Shown: in pieces, positions 39,291-41,757 of the stretch
How positions within the stretch are numbered: position 1 is the first letter of the stretch
How the letters are laid out: each line of letters begins with the position of its first letter
Virus record (IMG/VR): IMGVR_UViG_3300029570_000020
Span: 1 to 41,757 of that record
Length of the DNA stretch: 41,757 nucleotides
Origin: a virus
Direction: 5' to 3' (one strand)
The notes under the pieces: model-generated
What the model saw: the letters and a program-made list of their open reading frames with translations, nothing else
Databases searched by the model: none
Told to the model about the DNA's origin: nothing
Program-made: the position numbers and the translations under genes

Positions 39291-39293
39291 AGG

Positions 39294-39635
39294 TTAGTCC
39301 TCCGTAATATCGAGATAGTTTTTGTAAAAGCGTTTTCGGAACTCCTGCACTGTCCAGCCGTAGCGCTGCATAGCAATGCGCTGGGCCTGTGCGTGATACT
39401 CGGATTGCAGCTGCCCGCTGCCGTGAATTTCTGCATGACAGGCGGGGCAGACATTGACCCATAGGCCGTATTGCTTTGATTTGCTGCGCAGTGCGCCGCC
39501 AAAGATTTCGTGGCGGGCGGTATCGCGGTATTGCTCGCACTTGAAGCATTGCAGCGGCTTGTGTGCCATGATGGTGGGGGCATAGCCGTTAGAATCCAGC
39601 TTGACGCCGTATTCATTGCGTGTCTGTCGGCGCAT
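39294..39635 (-). CDS. NinG/HNH-like zinc-binding putative nuclease
   Basis: CFKC...ARHEIFGGALRSKSKQYGLWVNVCPACHAEIH gives a CxxC...H...CxxCH arrangement. Confidence 0.4.
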   Translation of the reverse strand: MRRQTRNEYGVKLDSNGYAPTIMAHKPLQCFKCEQYRDTARHEIFGGALRSKSKQYGLWVNVCPACHAEIHGSGQLQSEYHAQAQRIAMQRYGWTVQEFRKRFYKNYLDITED

Positions 39636-40164
39636 CGTCTGTCAGTCCTTTCAACTTGGAGATTTCCTCAGGGATCATGGTGGGGATGCCCTGCTGCCGG
39701 CATTCCTGCACGATCAGTTCAATGAGGCGGTGCATCTGGGTGCTATCGAACACGGACGAGCCGTACCAGCATTGCAGGTTGCAGAAGGTTCCCTGCGGGG
39801 TGGGCATGTCATCGATCTTGCGAACCTGCCAGCCCTCGCCCTTGCTCTCCCAACCGTTTTTGAATGCCTTTGCAGCATCGGCACGGATGGTGACAAGGGC
39901 GGAGCTGCCGCCGATGTCGCGGATCAAGTCGCGGTAGATGTCCAGCACAGGGCGGTTGATTTTGGCGGCAAGCTGGTTCATGAGCGTCCATGCGTAAGCG
40001 TTGGCAGACAGGCTGCGCTTTTGTGAGGCCGTGCCGATGACGGCGGCAAGGGGCTTGCCCTCGTCAATGACGGCGCGGGCTTTATCGCAGTCAGCCGGGG
40101 AACATTCCAGTGTGATTGTGTTGCCGATAACAACGGCCTGTTTGATGGAGATTTGTTGCTTCAT
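39613..40164 (-). CDS. ninB: NinB/Orf-like recombination mediator
   Basis: SQKRSLSANAYAWTLMNQLAAKI and YGSSVFDSTQMHRLIELIVQECRQQGIPT parallel lambda NinB RNRSLDQNRKLWACLGDVS and GQSTSRMRVGEFAELLELIQAFG. Confidence 0.5.
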   Translation of the reverse strand: MKQQISIKQAVVIGNTITLECSPADCDKARAVIDEGKPLAAVIGTASQKRSLSANAYAWTLMNQLAAKINRPVLDIYRDLIRDIGGSSALVTIRADAAKAFKNGWESKGEGWQVRKIDDMPTPQGTFCNLQCWYGSSVFDSTQMHRLIELIVQECRQQGIPTMIPEEISKLKGLTDDAPTDTQ

Positions 40165-40871
40165 TTTCTGTGTTCAAACTCCTTTGCAACGCTCCGCCAA
40201 TCATCATCGGTGAAGTCCTTAAACAACTTGCCAATAAAGGTCTTTGCTTCTGTTTGGACTGTCTTTTTGTCCTTACCAGTTCGCTGTGCATATCCTGCCA
40301 GCGCAGTTGTTGCCATGTCCTTTACGACCTGTGCGGTAACTTCTGGCGATGCTGTGACCGGCTGAGGTTCTTCTTCATAGCGCTCTTTAAATTCATCTGC
40401 TTCACTGTCGGAATAGATGCCGTCAAACGCAAGTTTGCAGATTTTTAAAACAACACGGTCAAAAAGCCTTTTATAAGCCATCGCATAAGGGTACGCATTC
40501 TTGCAATTTTGAGCGGATGCCTCGCCGACCTCGTATAAGCCTTGTTCCCTGTTGACATAAGTAAAGACAAGAGAGTTTCCGTATCCGGATTTGTCAACGG
40601 AAACGCAATCCGGATTAAACTTGTCTTTTTCGGGAAGATTGTCATTGATTTTAAGACAAGCATTGTGGTTTATTATCAAACCCGTGTACAGCATCTTTCC
40701 GTAGTTGGTTTCGTTCTTAAGAATCCAAAAATCGGATTCCTTGAGATATTTTCGTTCTTCGAGAGCCTTTAATGCTTTGTCTCGGCTGGAAATATATTTG
40801 GCGCTCTGAATCACTGGAATTTCTTGTCGAGATTTAAACGAACACTCCTTCTGCTTTTCGCCGAACATCAA
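40161..40871 (-). CDS. Putative single-strand annealing protein (Erf/Rad52-superfamily-like); weak call
   Basis: 236 aa. GEASAQNCKNAYPYAMAYKRLFDRVVL motif, followed by an acidic segment. It sits with NinB-like, SSB and RusA genes. Confidence 0.3.
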   Translation of the reverse strand: MMFGEKQKECSFKSRQEIPVIQSAKYISSRDKALKALEERKYLKESDFWILKNETNYGKMLYTGLIINHNACLKINDNLPEKDKFNPDCVSVDKSGYGNSLVFTYVNREQGLYEVGEASAQNCKNAYPYAMAYKRLFDRVVLKICKLAFDGIYSDSEADEFKERYEEEPQPVTASPEVTAQVVKDMATTALAGYAQRTGKDKKTVQTEAKTFIGKLFKDFTDDDWRSVAKEFEHRK

Positions 40872-41263
40872 ATTTCATCTCCTCTGTAAAGTTTTTGCAA
40901 AAGTTCCTCCGGGATGGGAGTAGACGGTGCGGCTGGTACAGAATCATCCGTGGGTGGTGTGGTCAGGTGGATGCGGTAGCAGCTGGCTGGCGGCAGGGTC
41001 ATGTCCGGCTTGCGGGTTTTCAGGTCGTAGTAGTAGACCGGAATGCCGTCTGCCAAAAAATAAGTGCTGTTCAGGCCGTATTCATGTTTTGCGAAAAGCG
41101 GTATGAATGTGCCGATGCTCTCGGAATAGATGCGGCGTGCAGCTTGCACCGCGTTGAAATAGCAAGCGCTGATGCCCTTTCCAGTGGGGATGAACTCAAC
41201 AAGATGCCGGCCCTTCAAAAGTGCGTGCGCCTGTTTCAGGGCGCTGATGTCGTCAATGGTCAT
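40868..41263 (-). CDS. Hypothetical protein (131 aa)
   Basis: ATG 41263 with a GGAGGA SD. The track start at 41356 overlaps the upstream gene. Confidence 0.45.
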   Translation of the reverse strand: MTIDDISALKQAHALLKGRHLVEFIPTGKGISACYFNAVQAARRIYSESIGTFIPLFAKHEYGLNSTYFLADGIPVYYYDLKTRKPDMTLPPASCYRIHLTTPPTDDSVPAAPSTPIPEELLQKLYRGDEI

Positions 41264-41264
41264 T

Positions 41265-41480
41265 TTAGTAGTCCTCCATACAGCGGGAGTCTTCCCAAGG
41301 GTCGTCCTCTTGGACATCCTCACCGGGAAAGTCGTCGGAGTTATAACACATATCACAGCCGATGATTGCTGTACCGATTAAGTAGATAGTTCCGCATTCC
41401 TCACCGCATACAGGGCAGCGGGGGCGGCGGGGCTCGTCAGGCGGGAAGGGGTTGTCTTGATGCCCCCAAAAGCTAGTCAT
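41265..41480 (-). CDS. Small zinc-ribbon protein (71 aa)
   Basis: CPVCGEEC...CDMC motif. Acidic C-terminus. Confidence 0.5.
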   Translation of the reverse strand: MTSFWGHQDNPFPPDEPRRPRCPVCGEECGTIYLIGTAIIGCDMCYNSDDFPGEDVQEDDPWEDSRCMEDY

Positions 41481-41757
41481 TCGGATACCTCCACAAGGCC
41501 GCCGTTCTTCAAAGTGTAAAATGTATCAGGCTTGACGGTTTCGCCATCAACGACAACGGATTTCCACTCTTTAATGTCGTAACCGTAAACATCCTCCACA
41601 GCAATCACAAGGATGGCACCCATGCCGCCTTTAATTTTTATTTTTGTACCGCGAACAAGCCCACAGCCATTTTCACCGACAGAAACGGAGCCGCGCGAAG
41701 TAGCCGCGCCGGCATCGCCAGCCGTAGCCGCGCCGGAAACGCCAGCCGTAGCCGCGC
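41477..41757 (-). CDS. Repeat protein, C-terminal part (continuation of 502..1 across the junction)
   Basis: In frame with 1..502 through the 27-nt overlap. ...AATAGVSGAATAGDAGAATSRGSVSVGENGCGLVRGTKIKIKGGMGAILVIAVEDVYGYDIKEWKSVVVDGETVKPDTFYTLKNGGLVEVSE, with the stop overlapping the next ATG. Confidence 0.75.
   Translation of the reverse strand, partial: AATAGVSGAATAGDAGAATSRGSVSVGENGCGLVRGTKIKIKGGMGAILVIAVEDVYGYDIKEWKSVVVDGETVKPDTFYTLKNGGLVEVSE

Larger units (their letters stand above)
1..41757. mobile_element. Complete temperate siphovirus-type phage genome on a circularly closed contig
   Basis: 41731-41757 is identical to 1-27. A minus-strand ORF runs in frame across the junction. Integrase/attP, CI/Cro-like, replication, terminase, portal, capsid, tape measure, fibres and holin/lysin are all present. 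Confidence 0.85.

Noticed and set aside
1-41757. Diversity-generating retroelement or retron associated with the fibre genes or ncRNA candidates
   Set aside because: No reverse-transcriptase-like ORF (no YxDD motif protein) exists anywhere in the circular genome. No template/variable repeat pair was seen near the fibre genes.

Overview
The window is a complete temperate siphovirus-type phage genome of about 41.7 kb. The host is probably a moderately GC-rich Firmicutes/Clostridia-like bacterium (inference only). The contig closes as a circle: the last 27 nt equal the first 27 nt, and one minus-strand gene reads in frame through the junction. Almost all genes lie on the minus strand, tightly packed with ATGA-type overlaps. 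Modules: (i) lysogeny block 2172-6235, with Cro-like and CI-like regulators, AT-rich passenger genes, a tyrosine integrase, and an attP carrying a tRNA 3' end; (ii) early/replication-recombination block 33677-41757, wrapping to 1-2175, with DnaD-like, G40P-loader-like, SSB, NinB-like, NinG/HNH-like, frameshifted RusA, a circularly permuted C5-methyltransferase, and a repeat protein spanning the junction; (iii) late activator, an ~790-nt non-coding structured region, Dam-like methylase, and terminase small/large subunits; (iv) head, neck, tail, fibre and lysis genes, 31591 down to 10340; (v) a terminator-insulated cargo cluster, 10208 down to 6236, next to attP. The most unusual items are these. 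A large GC-rich structured RNA candidate carries a tRNA-like element that lacks an anticodon arm. The immunity switch has face-to-face consensus promoters, a bidirectional terminator and an ~295-nt antisense RNA. A MuF head protein is fused to an anthrax-lethal-factor-like HEFGH metalloprotease. The cargo cluster encodes Q-rich, Cys-rich and jellyroll-like proteins. Several opposite-strand or terminator-flanked morons sit inside the structural operon. All calls come from reading the sequence and the ORF track by eye. No database search was run.
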